Shown here in pieces: positions 16,170-29,129 of a stretch of 64,000 nucleotides of DNA. The notes under the pieces were generated by a model, which was not told the origin of the DNA, made no database searches, and saw only the letters and a list, made by a program, of their open reading frames with translations. The DNA is taken from positions 372,001 to 436,000 of the forward strand of contig NIVC01000513.1 in NCBI GenBank assembly GCA_002269645.1. Reading direction: 5' to 3'. Each line of letters opens with the position of its first letter. The stretch's first letter is position 1. Made by a program: the position numbers and the translations under genes. This stretch comes from Macrostomum lignano (Eukaryota).

Positions 16170-17025
16170 ATAGCTGGCAGTCAAATGTCACTGACAGTCA
16201 ACTATCACTCACAGTCAAATGTCACTAACAGTCAACTATCACTCACAGTCAACTATCACTGGCAGTCAAATGTCACTGACAGTCAACTATCACTGGCAGT
16301 CAAATGTCACTGACAGTCAACTATCACTCACAGTCAACTATCACTGACAGTGAAATGTCACTGACAGTCAACTATCACTGGCAGTCAAATGTCACTGACA
16401 GTCAACTATCACTCACAGTCAACTATCACTGGCAGTCAAATGTCACTGACAGTCAACTATCACTCACAGTCAACTATCACTCACAGTCAACAATCACTCA
16501 CAGTCAACTATCACTGACAGTCAACTATCACTCACAGTCACAGTCAACTATCACTCACAGTCAACAATCACTGGCAGTCAACTATCACTGGCAGTCAACT
16601 ATCACTCACAGTCAACAATCACTGACAGTCAAATGTCACTGACAGTCAAATGTCACTCACAGTCAACTATCACTCACAGTCAACTATCACTCACAGTCAA
16701 CTATCACTGACAGTCAACTATCACTCACAGTCAACAATCACTGGCAGTCAACTATCACTCACAGTCAACAATCACTGACAGTGAAATGTCACTGACAGAC
16801 AACTATCACTCACAGTCAACTATCACTCACAGTCAACAATCACTCACAGTCAACAATCACTCACAGTGAAATGTCACTGACAGTCAAATGTCACTGACAG
16901 TCAAATATCACTGGCAGTCAACTATCACTGACAGTCAACTATCACTGACAGTCAAATGTCACTGACAGTCAAATGTCACTGACAGTCAAATGTCACTGAC
17001 AGTCAAAGTGTCACTGGCAGTCAGT
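16170..17025. repeat. 17-bp minisatellite (cagtcaactatcactca / cagtcaaatgtcactga)
   Basis: Visible tandem array. Confidence 0.95.
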
Positions 17026-17587
17026 GTCTATCGATATGCCAGTACTGTATAGTAAAGATGCCAGTGTTTTATAATTTTTATCTTTCGCGCTTCGAAATCA
17101 AATTATTTGTCTTTACGCGGCAACAGCTAGCCCCCCCCTCCACGCGGCAAAAAGTTAGGCAATGTCTAATGCTTATTTCAGTAACATGGTAGACCCTCAT
17201 AACCCACCTTTCTATCCCCCAGATGTTTAGCTGTTGCTGGGTTACATAAGCATTGTATTACTACTTTATTTATCGTCATTAATTTGCTCCAAATTTCTTT
17301 AATAAATAGAACAATTACTAAGTCGTAGTAGTATATGTGCAAGTGCTCTAGCCAAATACTAAAAATGAGTTACAACAAACTTGCAAGAATCCCTCGTACG
17401 TCATTTCTTTTTCTTGGGCGGGGGGTGCGTAGCCATAAGTATATGTACATGTACATCATTTACTATTTGATCATTGGGACATCGTTAAATCAGAGAACAC
17501 TTGTTTGATTGGGCGCCAGCAACTTGGCCAAGAAGGCCAAGAAGCACTATTGCAACTGGTGTTAGATCAAGAAGTTCTGGCGCAGCG

Positions 17588-17802
17588 TGGCGCCAGATCA
17601 AGGAGCGCTAGCGACTGCATGGCGCCAGATCAAGGAGTGCTAGTGACTGCATGGCGCCAGATCAAGGAGTGCTAGTGACTGCATGGCGCCAGATCAAGGA
17701 GTGCTAGTGACCGCATGGCGCCAGATCAAGGAGTGCTAGTGACCGCATGGCGCCAGATCAAGGAGTGCTAGTGACTGCATGGCGCCAGATCAAGGAGTGC
17801 TC
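17588..17802. repeat. 32-bp tandem repeat (ggcgccagatcaaggagtgctagtgactgcat), ~6-7 copies
   Basis: Visible tandem array. Confidence 0.95.
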
Positions 17803-18013
17803 GCAATTGGTGTGTCGTTTTAATCGATTTTAAAAAGTTGTGTTGCAGAAAACTTTATATTCCAAGAAATGTGAAAGAAGATTCGTGTCATTGGAAACAG
17901 CCAATTTAAGAAAATGAAAGCTGTAGTAAAAAGTTTTCTGCATCACAACTTGCTTATGTTTGGAATTGACTGACTATGGACGGATAACAGGGGTTGGTAA
18001 AGATATTTTACCT

Positions 18014-18775
18014 CAAGGGCCCAGATGGAGAATCTAGCGCATGCCTGCAGGCCAGAGGAAGGATATGATCTTTAAAGCTAGAGGGAATAAAGAGAGAGAG
18101 AGTAGAAGGGAGAGGAGATTAAATAGAAAAGACGAGCTGATAAGAGACAAGCCTTGAGCGGGCCGGATTGCCATTGCATGAAGTTTCAAAGGACCCGAAA
18201 GGCCGCATAGAGAGAGGTTTGGCAGCTTGCGCCAACTCAGTCTTCACCCTGAGTCCTGACCTATCAGATATAATTAGACTTTATACGAGCGTAGAGTTCG
18301 AAGATGCGTACTTCCTTCCTTCACGATTCCCACTCTCTTCCAACTTCCTTACCACTCGGGTGTTTTCGTACGTTTCTCTTTTTTGCAAGCGCTCAAACCA
18401 GAAACCTATTATAGAATTTACGGTCTCCAAAATCCAATGCGAAATGACCGACCCCCCCCCCCCCCTACAGTCAAGAGGAATCCAGAAGCTAGACCAGAGG
18501 TCGGCAAACTCCGTCCCGCGAAGAAGCCTCTCTTATCCGACCCTCGGGTCCTACAATAGCACAAGGTTTGCGTCTCTTTTCAGCTCGATCTTCTCTCTAA
18601 TAATCTTTTCTTGTCCCTCTTCTCTCCTCCTCTCCTCTGGTCTTCTCTCCTCTCTTATATTTTCTCCTGTGTTTTGACTCTTTTGCCTCCCATCTCTTCT
18701 CTATTTCCTTTGACCCTATCCTATCTCCTCTCCTCTGGCCCGCAGTCTGCCACTAGATTGTCCATCTGGGCCTTG
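18014..18775. mobile_element. Foldback/MITE-like element with ~46-bp imperfect terminal inverted repeats
   Basis: caagggcccagatggagaatctag...caggccagagga (18014-18059) is inverse to tcctctggccc...ctagattgtccatctgggccttg (~18730-18775). Subterminal AG-rich and CT-rich tracts mirror each other. No TSD seen. Confidence 0.6.
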
Positions 18776-19247
18776 ATATAAAAAGTTTGCCTACCCCTGA
18801 GCTAGACCGGCTAGACCCTATACCATTCTGCCGCACAGAATGACAAATTCTATTCCATGAGTCATAACTGGGGAAAAAATCCCGAGTTTTGCCAATCCCG
18901 GGATTTTCGGGATTGGGATATCCCCGACTTAAAAATCCCGGGATTCTCGACAAATTGTACCGCCCGGAATTTCTTAAATTTTCAAATTGTGTGTGAAAAA
19001 AAGCTCGTTTACAATTCCATGTAATTCTGATGTGGTCTGATTTTCCCAAACCAATTTGTGATGTGCTGTTTCAACTAATTCTTAAAGATGTTGAAATTTC
19101 AAGTTTAAGTCATGGACTACTAAATGTCGTTTATGTCGTTAGTGTCGTTCTACTCAAGCAGTCGCTTGTTAAGTTTTGAGTTTCAACTTTTACAGCGGTC
19201 CTTTTCAATTTTAAGTCTTAATGATCTCTCTTCATTAGAATCATGGC

Positions 19248-20251
19248 TAGGGATGTCGATTCCCCGGGGAATTTTCTTATCGGGGAACCGGGGAATTTAC
19301 TGTCATTCCCCGGGGACCCCGGGGAAAAGAAAAAATAAGTAAAAAACGGCGGATAACTTAGATCTTAAGTCACTAAGTGGCATTTTTTAAACTTTGATTA
19401 AAGCTTTGGATGGACTACATGTTCAAGGCGCAAGGGTAAAAACTTTAAGCAATGTTTGTTAAAAACTGTATTTGACAACGTGGGGGTACATGGCATCACC
19501 AAATCGTGCGCGCACCTTTATCAGAAAGAGTCCAGACTCCGGAGGCGGAAAATGCATACTCAGCAGCTGCACTCGTGGGAGGATAATTAATGAATGAGAC
19601 TGTTTTTATGATCGGAATTTTAATTTCTTGCAGATACATGTAAATCACCATTTTGTCCTGTCTAATAGGGAGTATTTTGTTATTGTATGATACCCCCCTA
19701 TGCGTCAGTGACTGACGCAGGACACAGCGCTGTGCCTGCGTCAAATGCGTCAAGCCGTCAACGCAGACCAACACAATAGTCAGTAAGGCTTTTTCCTGAC
19801 GGGTTTCTACGCTCGTACGTTCAATTTGCTTGATTGAAAGACTCATAGTGAAAAAAAAACATTCAAACGGGTCGCTTTCATAAGACCGAAATTTCACAAC
19901 GCCGAAAATTCTGCATGCTCCTTATTGTATTAAGTTTTCTACGATGTGAAATTTCGGTCTTATGAAGTTTCGGTCTTGTGAAGTATGGTGTTTCGGCGTT
20001 GTGAAATTTCGGTCTTATGAACCCCCCCCCCCATTCAAACGTGTGTTGTGTTTGAAATAATACATTGAAATAAGCAGTTTTGCGGTAAAAAAACCATAGA
20101 CAGAGTTTCAATCAGCTTTCTGTGAATGATTTTCTTATTTAAATGGCAAAAATTAAGTTAAAAATGCTTTTTTTTCTCCCCGAGTTCCCGGTCCAATTCC
20201 CCGGGGAGTATTCCCCGACAAGCTCCCCGGGGACCGGGGTCGACATCCCTA
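19248..20251 (-). mobile_element. Non-autonomous hAT DNA transposon
   Basis: TIRs tagggatgtcga / tcgacatcccta; exact 8-bp TSD atcatggc (19240-19247, 20252-20259); internal remnant PPTSAAAEYAFSASG of the hAT dimerisation motif (~19530-19580). Confidence 0.9.
19869..20032. mobile_element. 164-bp MITE nested in the hAT element
   Basis: Inverted repeats ttcataagaccgaaatttcacaacgccgaaa / tttcggcgttgtgaaatttcggtcttatgaa; exact 8-bp TSD attcaaac (19861-19868, 20033-20040). Confidence 0.88.
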
Positions 20252-22250
20252 ATCATGGCCCTTTGCCCATGGCGCGAACTGGGATGATTCACCTCTCCCG
20301 GCGCTGTGTTCGAACATGAACTCCTAGATTTTATTGCTATTGATTATTAAATAGTCGTCCATGATGCTATGCGAAGCAGGCCTTGTATAATCAAAGGCTT
20401 CAAGGCCCGCGAAGCGCGAATCCTGTCTATCCGGTTTGGCCTTCGGGGCCTCGGGTCCTTAAACTTCCCAATCCTAATAGCAATTCGGTCCGCTCTGCGT
20501 CTCTCAGGGTCTCAGCTCTTTCCTGTTCTTTTCTTCTCTCCCTCCCCTCCCGGCAGCCATAAGCCATGACGACTCCCATGAATTGGATTCTTTGTCTGGC
20601 CCTTAACCCAGAATTGGGAACCGTATTCAAGCTGGCCCCACATGGCCCACAAAAACAGAACCGATCGATATCTCTCGACCGACCGACCGATCGGATGCAC
20701 GTGCACGCAGCTAGCCTACTCTCCTCACTCACCCTAAAACTGGGTTTGTCAACTCCCTCGATTTCCAACCGCTTGTCCAATGGCTGGGCCGTACATTAAC
20801 TGCCTGCCTCCCTTTCTCTCCCTTACCCCCCGCGGCCTGCACGAAAGGGGAGGGGCGGGGGTCGAACATGAGTATATACCGCTGATTCAGTCAGACAGAC
20901 AGCCAACTTGCCAGACTCGAATGGCCCTCAGGCCTTTCGTCTCAGTTTGTATATTGGAGCGCCCGTCCCCATACCCCATACTTTTTGATCAGTCTGGTCT
21001 GGGCTCTGCGAACTTTTATTGAAACCGGTAACTCCTAGCAAGTAGACGTAAGTTGTTACAATGTTTTATTTAATATTCTATGCTAAATATTATAAGCTGC
21101 AGGGCAATATAATCAGAATATAGTACACTTGTATTATTATATGTAATAAAATATTTCTGCAGTACAAATTAAATATTTTTACATTGAAGATTTAGTATAC
21201 GTAGAAGATTTAAGAACTAGTAAACTTGGTTTTTATAAAAAGCTGTATCTCTTCGGGAGATGTGGCTCATGTCTAGGGATGCTAAAATTCTGGACTTTCC
21301 CTAAACCGGGATCCTGGTGTTCAATACCGGAGTTTTACCAATACCAGTTTTGAATAACCTAACCAGTATTCAAATTTCAATAGCTTTTTTCATATTTTGG
21401 CTCCCAACCAAAATTTCAAAAGTCAAATTTTATTGCATTTTTCTTATTATTTTCTTATTGCCTAATGCCTATCTTAAATGTATTATATTATATATTTATA
21501 TATCATTTGCTAAATTGTCTTGATGATAAAATCAAATTAATTTGTGAAGTAGTATAGTAGTAATTTTGGCATTCCTTTGGTTTACGATCCCTGAAATTGG
21601 TGACGATCCCTATAAGAAAGATACGCAAGAGTAAGAAATTCGTGTTTTTTAATCATATTTTAAACCAGCACTGAAAATCACTCCAAGCCTTTTTATTTTT
21701 CTGTCGTCAAACGATTGAATGCCAACCAGAATGAAACAATCCAAAGAGATCTGTTCATTCGCATACATTCATCAAATTAAGAGTTGCTTGTTACAGAACT
21801 CGTTTCAGTGATGTGTTCCTTATTACCTGACTTTCGATAATCAAGGAACAATCACTTCTAGCTCGGCAGCTAGGCAACCCAGTAAATCAACAGAAGGTAT
21901 TCAAAATGTTTCCGTTATTTTTTTGTTTGTTTTGCGTCGATGATTCTTTTATTTTCGGTTTGTTTTCAGTGTACCGATGAATTTAATTTCGGTTTTATTT
22001 TAACTCACACTTGCTCGAGCTCGTTAAAACAAAATTTAACACGCGTGCTCAAACTGTACTCAAATTTGACAGGTGCTCAAACCTGTACACCAAAATTTTT
22101 TACTCAAGTTTCAAAATGTACGGACTTGAAAAGTGTTAACTCTAACACGTGCGCGCAAAATTAATGAAGTCGCTCTGTCGTCACTTTACAATAGCTTGGC
22201 CAGGCTATTGCTCAAGGTTTGAGTAGTGCCGAGAGGGCGAGATCACCAAT

Positions 22251-22981
22251 TGATGTGTTCCTTATTACCTGACTTTCGATAATCAAGGAACAATCACTTC
22301 TAGCTCGGCAGCTAGGCAACCCAGTAAATCAACAGAAGGTATTCAATTACCTTGAGTCCTTTGGAGATCTCTCGGAGTAGTTCTCGATTTGCTTTAGTTG
22401 CAGGTGTAGTCACTTCTGACTTTCGTTTGTAGATCGGGTCCGATTCTTCTTTCTTCTTCAAATAGTTCCGGCCGGATTCTGTCGCTCGGACCAATGGGAA
22501 GCTTCCGAATTAACAGTGGGATCCCTGCGCCAAACTGCGGTCTAAATTAAGCCTCCTTCTTCTAGCAGTGCCTCTATGCACTCTAGGTATAGCTCCGGAA
22601 ACCACTGATAGTCCTCTAAGATCTATCAGGGGCAGTCCTTCTGGAGACTGCAACCAATGGAGTCTAAACAGACTCAAGAGTCTCAACAGACTCAAATAGA
22701 CTCAAGTCTCAATAGACTTGAGCGAGACGTCTCTAACACAACGGCGCAAATAAGGAAGGCTTACCGCAACAACTCGACCGAGTCTCGATTGACTTGGTAT
22801 ATCAGGAAGTCCTCCTAAGGCTTCCTCTTCGGAGCGCTCCTCTTCCGTGGGGAGAATAGCTCCGGTACCGCTTCAGATCGCTTGTATTTATAGGCAACTT
22901 TTTGTTCCAAAATAGCATCATTACAAATCTCGTGTTGCGCTAAAAGGGGAAAATGGCTCATGGCGTATTATTCTGGTAACA
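22251..22981 (-). mobile_element. Solo-LTR-like repeat (copy 1), plus a ~94-bp terminal fragment at 21809-21902
   Basis: Begins TGATGTG and ends GGTAACA (TG...CA). Minus-strand TATAAATACAAG at ~22885. Homologous to 39144-40227. Confidence 0.55.
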
Positions 22982-23370
22982 TCTTTTTCTGGTAGCGTGA
23001 TTCATTCAAAGCTTAGGCGCACATGCGTGTACTTACTTACTTGTAGTAGCATTATACGATTATCTTCTTTTTTTTTGCGGGAGGCAGAACACTCTACATC
23101 AGAACTATTCCATGCAGAGGATCCTATATATCCACTTCGGTTTACGATCATTTAAATGGCAGAAATACATGTAAATGATCGTGAACCGAAGGTAGGGGGT
23201 TTTAGTATACCATTTCACGTCTCAGAACTGTTCCATGAAGACGATCCTATATATCCACTTCGGTTTATGATCATTTAAATGGCAGAAATACATGTAAATG
23301 ATCGTGAACCGAAGGTAGGGGGGGGGAGTAAGTGGCAAAGTTAGTTCAGAGCGCACGTGAATTTGTTATT

Positions 23371-24547
23371 TCAAGCCAGTTTAATTGCCGATAGGTCCAA
23401 GTCAAATAGACGACTGTCAGAAACTGCTGCCGGCGTCGCGCACAAATAGACTACCTTCAGGTCATTCCAGAACTGCTTCACAAGTTCGCGTGGCTCTTTG
23501 CTATGGTGAGTTCGATACATCTGCTCGACAAGATGCAAAGCAAAATGGACAGCTGACGTTCCTCGCATTGACTTGAATTTCGCTTTGCTATTGCCCTAGA
23601 AACCTTCAATACGGTTAGTGTGCACCTCACGCCTCTCAGAATTATGAATTATCGTCACCTTAAAAGTGTCCTTGTGTGACATGGTCCAATGGGTGTAACC
23701 CATCTCTTCCACTTTCAAGTAAGCTGCCCATCCGTCACTGTAAATTGCCGTTTCGGGCTACACAAACTTTTAAATGAGCAGTAGAAGTGTTTCGGCCGAT
23801 CTGTCAGCTACAGGCCAAATAATGCAGCGTCCGTCATCGCGGTCAACCATTCTAAAGACCTATATCTGACAGCCTTTTCAGGCACCTTTGTTGTACTTCA
23901 TTTTGCATCCGAAGAGACTTTCGTTGATTTCAACTGTGTGACCAACGTGACCAATCATGATGCTTTCTCGTTGACTTTTAAACCATTTGTACATAATGTC
24001 ACGACAGTAGTTCCACCACTATACGGCAGCTTCCAACTCGACTCTGTACATCGTCTGCAGAGATCTGTGGATGAAAACAAATGAATTAGTAATACTATTA
24101 CATCTCCACTACCCCCCCCCCCTCAGCTTTGGTTTACGATCATATGAATATAGAATCTGTATGTAAATGATCGTAAACCAAAGGTAGTGTGTATCCCGAT
24201 AATGATCAATTTCGGTTTACTGCTCTACTACTTACACCAAAACCTCCTACCTTCGGTTCACGATCATTTACATGTATTTCTGCCATTTAAATGATCGTAA
24301 ACCAAAGTGGATATATAGGTTTTACTCACTTTTGCGACACACCGAGCAGATAATGTGTGATAAAGCCTACGATGTCCATCGGATTCAATTTTGATCCTTT
24401 GAAGAAGGAGAATTTCTGGATGGATACCCGTTTTTCATGGGCACCAAATGGAGACGTATTGTTGATTTTGCACCAAAAAACGAGGCCGTCTGCAGTGTTG
24501 TGCGCAGGCATCATTTTCATTGCGCTACCGCATGTTGGACACGACAT
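23371..24547 (-). pseudogene. Merlin/IS1595-family DDE transposase pseudogene
   Basis: N-terminal CPTCG...WC...VSIQKFSFFKGSKL; core GHTVEINESLFG, VADRSAETLL, YSDGWAAY and VHTNRIEGF*GNSK, all typical of IS1595/Merlin. Several stops and frameshifts. Confidence 0.85.
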
Positions 24548-25659
24548 TGATTCAGCTAGAAGACCTTCGGCTTGAAGTAGTGTAATCTAATTTACTTTGT
24601 CAATGAATCGCCATGCCATGGGAGAAACTAGGTCGGCTATTCCGCTCAGTTTTTCCAGTGAAACGAATAATCCTGGTTTCTCAATTTTTGCTTCTTTCGA
24701 GCAGGCCATGATCACTAAAATAGAAAAATACATGTGGATCGTAAACCGAAATACGGGTGAAAAAATGATCGTAAACCGAAGGAATGCCGTAATTTCTTGT
24801 ATTGTAGTTATCATTTTAATAGCATTCTTTATCCTATTGTCCTGTTTATCCTGTTTTTTCTTATTAAGTGGTTCAATATATTGCCTTGCTTTGCTAAGTT
24901 GCTTTATTATGCTTACTGTTACTATGTACTATTGCTTAAATTTTGTTAATAATTTTGCGCCATATTTAGTAAAATTACTACATATATGAGCTAATATACA
25001 GCGACAAAGAACAACTTGTGCTTGACTGCCCTGTTCTGGCAATTGCTATTAGGCCTTAGCGCCAATCATAGTCTAAAAATAGCAATAGCAACTGAGTCCA
25101 CCTTGTTCATTTAAAGATGTCAGACGTGCAATCTTTCCTCTCTTTTTTTCCTCTACAAAGAGCGTACAGCTCCTCCCTCCCAAAACTGCCCATCCCTATT
25201 CCCCAGTAAAACAGGCCTGCTTTCCTCTATCCCCAGACCCAAGATCTGACGTAGCCTTTGCCTACTAAGTGCTCCCTTTAACTAGGTGTATTGCCTCTTT
25301 ATTACGAAAAATTAGTAACACATTGCAATTTGTAAATGGCAGAAATTTCTACTAAAACATTTGTTATAGACAAGTTATAATCTTACTGTTGAACCATTAA
25401 TTAGAGCAATGCATAATTTATTGATTATTCATATCATCATCATGCAATTTAATGCATGTATATATAGCAATCGGCATAGCATAAAATTATGAAGAGAAAC
25501 ACACTGTAAAATAGTTAAATGGGGATTTACATGCTGACAAGTGACAAAAACAAGTTTTTAAAAATGTGGCATCAGATTTGCTGCAGCTGTCTTTCTTTGT
25601 CAGTAGTGCAGTGCCAAGGGGGCGGCGCAAAGCAATATACTATTTTATTTTATTGAAGT

Positions 25660-27776
25660 AATGACAAAGTAAAATCATTTTCGGCAATGTCTTATTAGAT
25701 AGCCCTGATCGGTGATCGCACCTTTGATAGAAATGTATTGCTCGCCGAAAATGCACGCTCTGCATCTACACTTGTGGGTGGAATTGTCATTAGAGCCTGG
25801 AATAGGTTCTCAAGAAGTCTTCCACATTGGCCAGTGGCTTATAGAAATTCCAGCTCATGACCAATTGTTGACTCTAGAGAAAACTTGTGCTTTGTCCTTT
25901 TGGCAGGTTGCATTCCTAGAGTGCTTTTCTGAGCCGTGACTCCATGCTTGAGGTTGATGCAGTTACTTTGCTAGCACCATTGCCATCCTCGCCATCAGTA
26001 GATGGCAGGAGACAGTCAGGTTCTTCATCAGTCATGCCATCTCATTTTGCTGACCAGGATCTGATTCTGATCCTGGATACAAAGCCAGCTTTTTTGCTAT
26101 TGAGACCAGGGTTTACTTGACTGTGTTTAGCTCACATGGTGTGTTAGCCTTGCCAAAACGGTTTAGAAAGCTAACAGCATCAACAATAGCACCAGAACGT
26201 TGTTTAATTCACTTGGTCAAAGCAGCTGCCAAATCTTCAGCCAACTTGGTGCCTTGATCATTCAGTTCGGAGATGGCGAACTCAACTGATGTCTGGGCCT
26301 TCAAAATTGTACAGTCACGCTGTGATAATACGCTCACTACTAACTCAATAAGCTTCAAGGCATTAGTAATCTCTTAAATGTACTTGATATCAGCTTGATT
26401 GAATAGCGGCTCCAGGTCTAAATGCAGAAGTGTACGCTGAATGGGCTTCAGCAGCAATAGGAATCGCTCAGTCATGTGCACCAGAGAATTCCATCTTGTC
26501 AGTACATCCAGAAGTAAAAAAAGCTCATGACCAAGTGCTTCCTTGACAATTGATTGGAAAGTGTCATTGCGGGTAGGGCTTTTCTTGAAAAACTTTGGTT
26601 TCCCGCACTTTCTTGATTGCATCAAACACTGAAGCAGTCAACTGGATGCCATTTGAAGGACCATCATCATAGCCAAGGTTCCACAGACCAGCAGTAGCAG
26701 CAGAAGCACTAGAGTACTCTTCATCTTCAACTTCCTCATCAGAATCATCAGGATCTTGTAAATTACCTTCTGGAAGTTTTGGCTGTTCAGCTTGAAAAGT
26801 CTCTTCAGAAGCAGCAGACTCGATCTGATCTTCTCTTCATTGCTCTTCTTGGTATACAGCACATCCGACACAGCCAAATGTATACTGTGCGAATAGCACA
26901 ACTGATGTTCTGTTTTGAGAAGTTTCCCAAACTTAACCATGACTAAAGCAGAACCTGTTGTGCATGAAATGATGTCACAGTTAACGTCAAGTCCGAATTT
27001 CGCAATGTGATCAGTCACAAGTTCTACACAACGCTCTGCATTCATAGACCCTCTGATGCGAACTAAGCCAAGATTGAATAGGTGGACATTAATATTCATG
27101 TAGCGACGATTATTAACACCAGTCTATTCATCAATCGTTAAAGCAAACCGTTTATTTTTTCACGACGGATGTCTAGGTCACGTTTCATTTTTCCTTCAAC
27201 TTCTGCAGCGAAGTCTAACACACGAGCCTTGATGGTATCTTTAGACTTTGTCAGTTGAAGCCCTCGGGCATGTAATGCGGCACGAAGATCTGTTGACGTA
27301 ATGAATAGAGAAAATGCAATGCCATCTTTAGCTACCATTCTAGCCAGTACCAAATTTATATTTTCCACTTTAACTTCAAAAAATTCACCAATTCGCCTTT
27401 GCTTTGATTCCATTAGACTTGGACTTGCATTAGAAGAACCTAGAGCTAGACTTGGAGGATTGGAGCTAGAGAAGAAGTTTCAGCACTTCTTCCAGTGTCA
27501 ACAGTAGTAGCAGATATATCAGAAACAGCACTGCGCTTGCTTGCTTGGCTAGGCCCTTGAGTAGTACATGTAGTACTAGTAGAGATTGTAGCTGTAGGCC
27601 TTAGCTGGACCAGTAGAATCAGAAAGATCATTATGCTTAGACCGCAAATAAGTGCGCATTCCTGATGTTAAACTTCCTTTTGTTGAAATCTTGGTATTGC
27701 ATAAAATGCACATTGCTTCAGTTGCCGATAGACGAGAGAAATAAGCCCGTGTTGATGATTTGTTACAGCTTGCCAT
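25660..27776 (-). pseudogene. hAT transposase pseudogene with BED finger
   Basis: BED-like AMCILCNTKIS...MRTYLRSKH; LARMVAKDG; FALTIDE*T; LDVLTRWNSL; IPPTSVDAERAFSAS. Multiple frameshifts. Confidence 0.9.
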
Positions 27777-27889
27777 TGCTTATCACTGGACATTGGTTGA
27801 CTTGACATTAACAATCTGATAACCAAGTGCTACCCTCCCTGCCGCGGGCGCCCCTATATGTACACCGCAGGCACCCTCCCTGCCACAGG

Positions 27890-28030
27890 CACCCCAAACC
27901 GAAGGTATACTCGCCCAATACAGGTGTACACTCGCCCAATACACGTGTACACTCGCCCAATACATGTGTACACTCTCCTGATATGTAGGTACACTCGTCC
28001 AATACAGGTGTACACTCTCCCAATATACGT
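27890..28030. repeat. ~22-bp tandem repeat (tgtacactcgcccaatacagg)
   Basis: Visible, about 6 copies. Confidence 0.85.
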
Positions 28031-29129
28031 GTAGTTAGCGATAAAAACACAAAATTATGCACTATAGTGGATTTAATTATGTATATTTACATAAAAATAC
28101 ACGGTAGGTATAATGCAGGTGCATATTAAAAATGTACATATTGGTGCATAATGCATATAGGTGTACAAACTTAGGTATAGCAAAATACACACAATGATAT
28201 TATCGTTATATTGGCAGACGGTAAAACTGGCAAAATAGCAGGTACATATCGCTTTGTTAGTGTAGTAGGCAGATTCAAGTATACTGCACGAAAACTAAAC
28301 ATAGGTTGAAATACACACACACACAGTAGATGCAAGTATAATGCAACCGTATATAGGCAAAAAACACTGTAGATTCAAATTAATGGAGGTGCATGGGCTA
28401 AAATATACACACGGAAGGTACAAATTGTGATATATGCAACATATGTACGCAAAATTAAGCATATATTGACATAATGTAGGTGCAAACAATGGTAAAATAT
28501 CCGGCCCACCTAGTAAGGGATATTCGAGACACGCATGAAGGCATTCCTCTCCAGGGGCGAGTACAGTGAGGGCGGAGAAACAGAGAGCCAGTCCCTCCCC
28601 AGCTGAGTGCAAAGCGACCGACACTGCATCTAGCGCCAGACAGCGGAGACCAAGGCGGGCTGAGTAATGTTTCGAGGGGATCCCAATGTACAGTGAGCTA
28701 TTTTCATCCAGACAAGGGGACCCTCACCTAGGAGAGCTATTTTTCCTCCCCAAATGGGGGCTTCCAAATAGGATTTTAGCGGCTCCCAAGTGCCGCGCAG
28801 ACAGGCGAATCTCAGTCAGGGGAGACTGTGTAAGGGAGACAATTTTCTCCCTAGGGGTGAGCCATCTGAATTAGTCTTTTAACCGCAGTCAACCCCATTC
28901 CTATCTACTCAGTGTATACTGCGGGGTTCCCCTAAACCACTTACAGGGAGAAAAAACCACAAACCCTCAATCAACCTCCATCCGCTCCCTCAGTGCTGTC
29001 TCATATGCCGCCTCCTCCTCAACGGTCTCGAATCAGTAGTCGGCCGACTGCAATGTGAAAATTAAAACATTCAATGTAGATAGAATATATGCATTGTATA
29101 TGATTAGATGAATTGTGTATGCAGTGTAA

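Larger units (their letters stand above)
21568..24788 (-). mobile_element. Merlin (IS1595/ISXO2-like) DNA transposon, decayed, with nested insertions
   Basis: TIRs ggcattcctttggtttacgatc / gatcgtaaaccgaaggaatgcc; 8-bp TSD gtaatttt / gtaatttc; internal subterminal repeats (ttcggtttacgatcattta) in both orientations; transposase remnants inside. Confidence 0.85.

Noticed and set aside
16304-16642. SQLSLTVNYH repeat ORF
   Set aside because: Arises from the 17-bp minisatellite.
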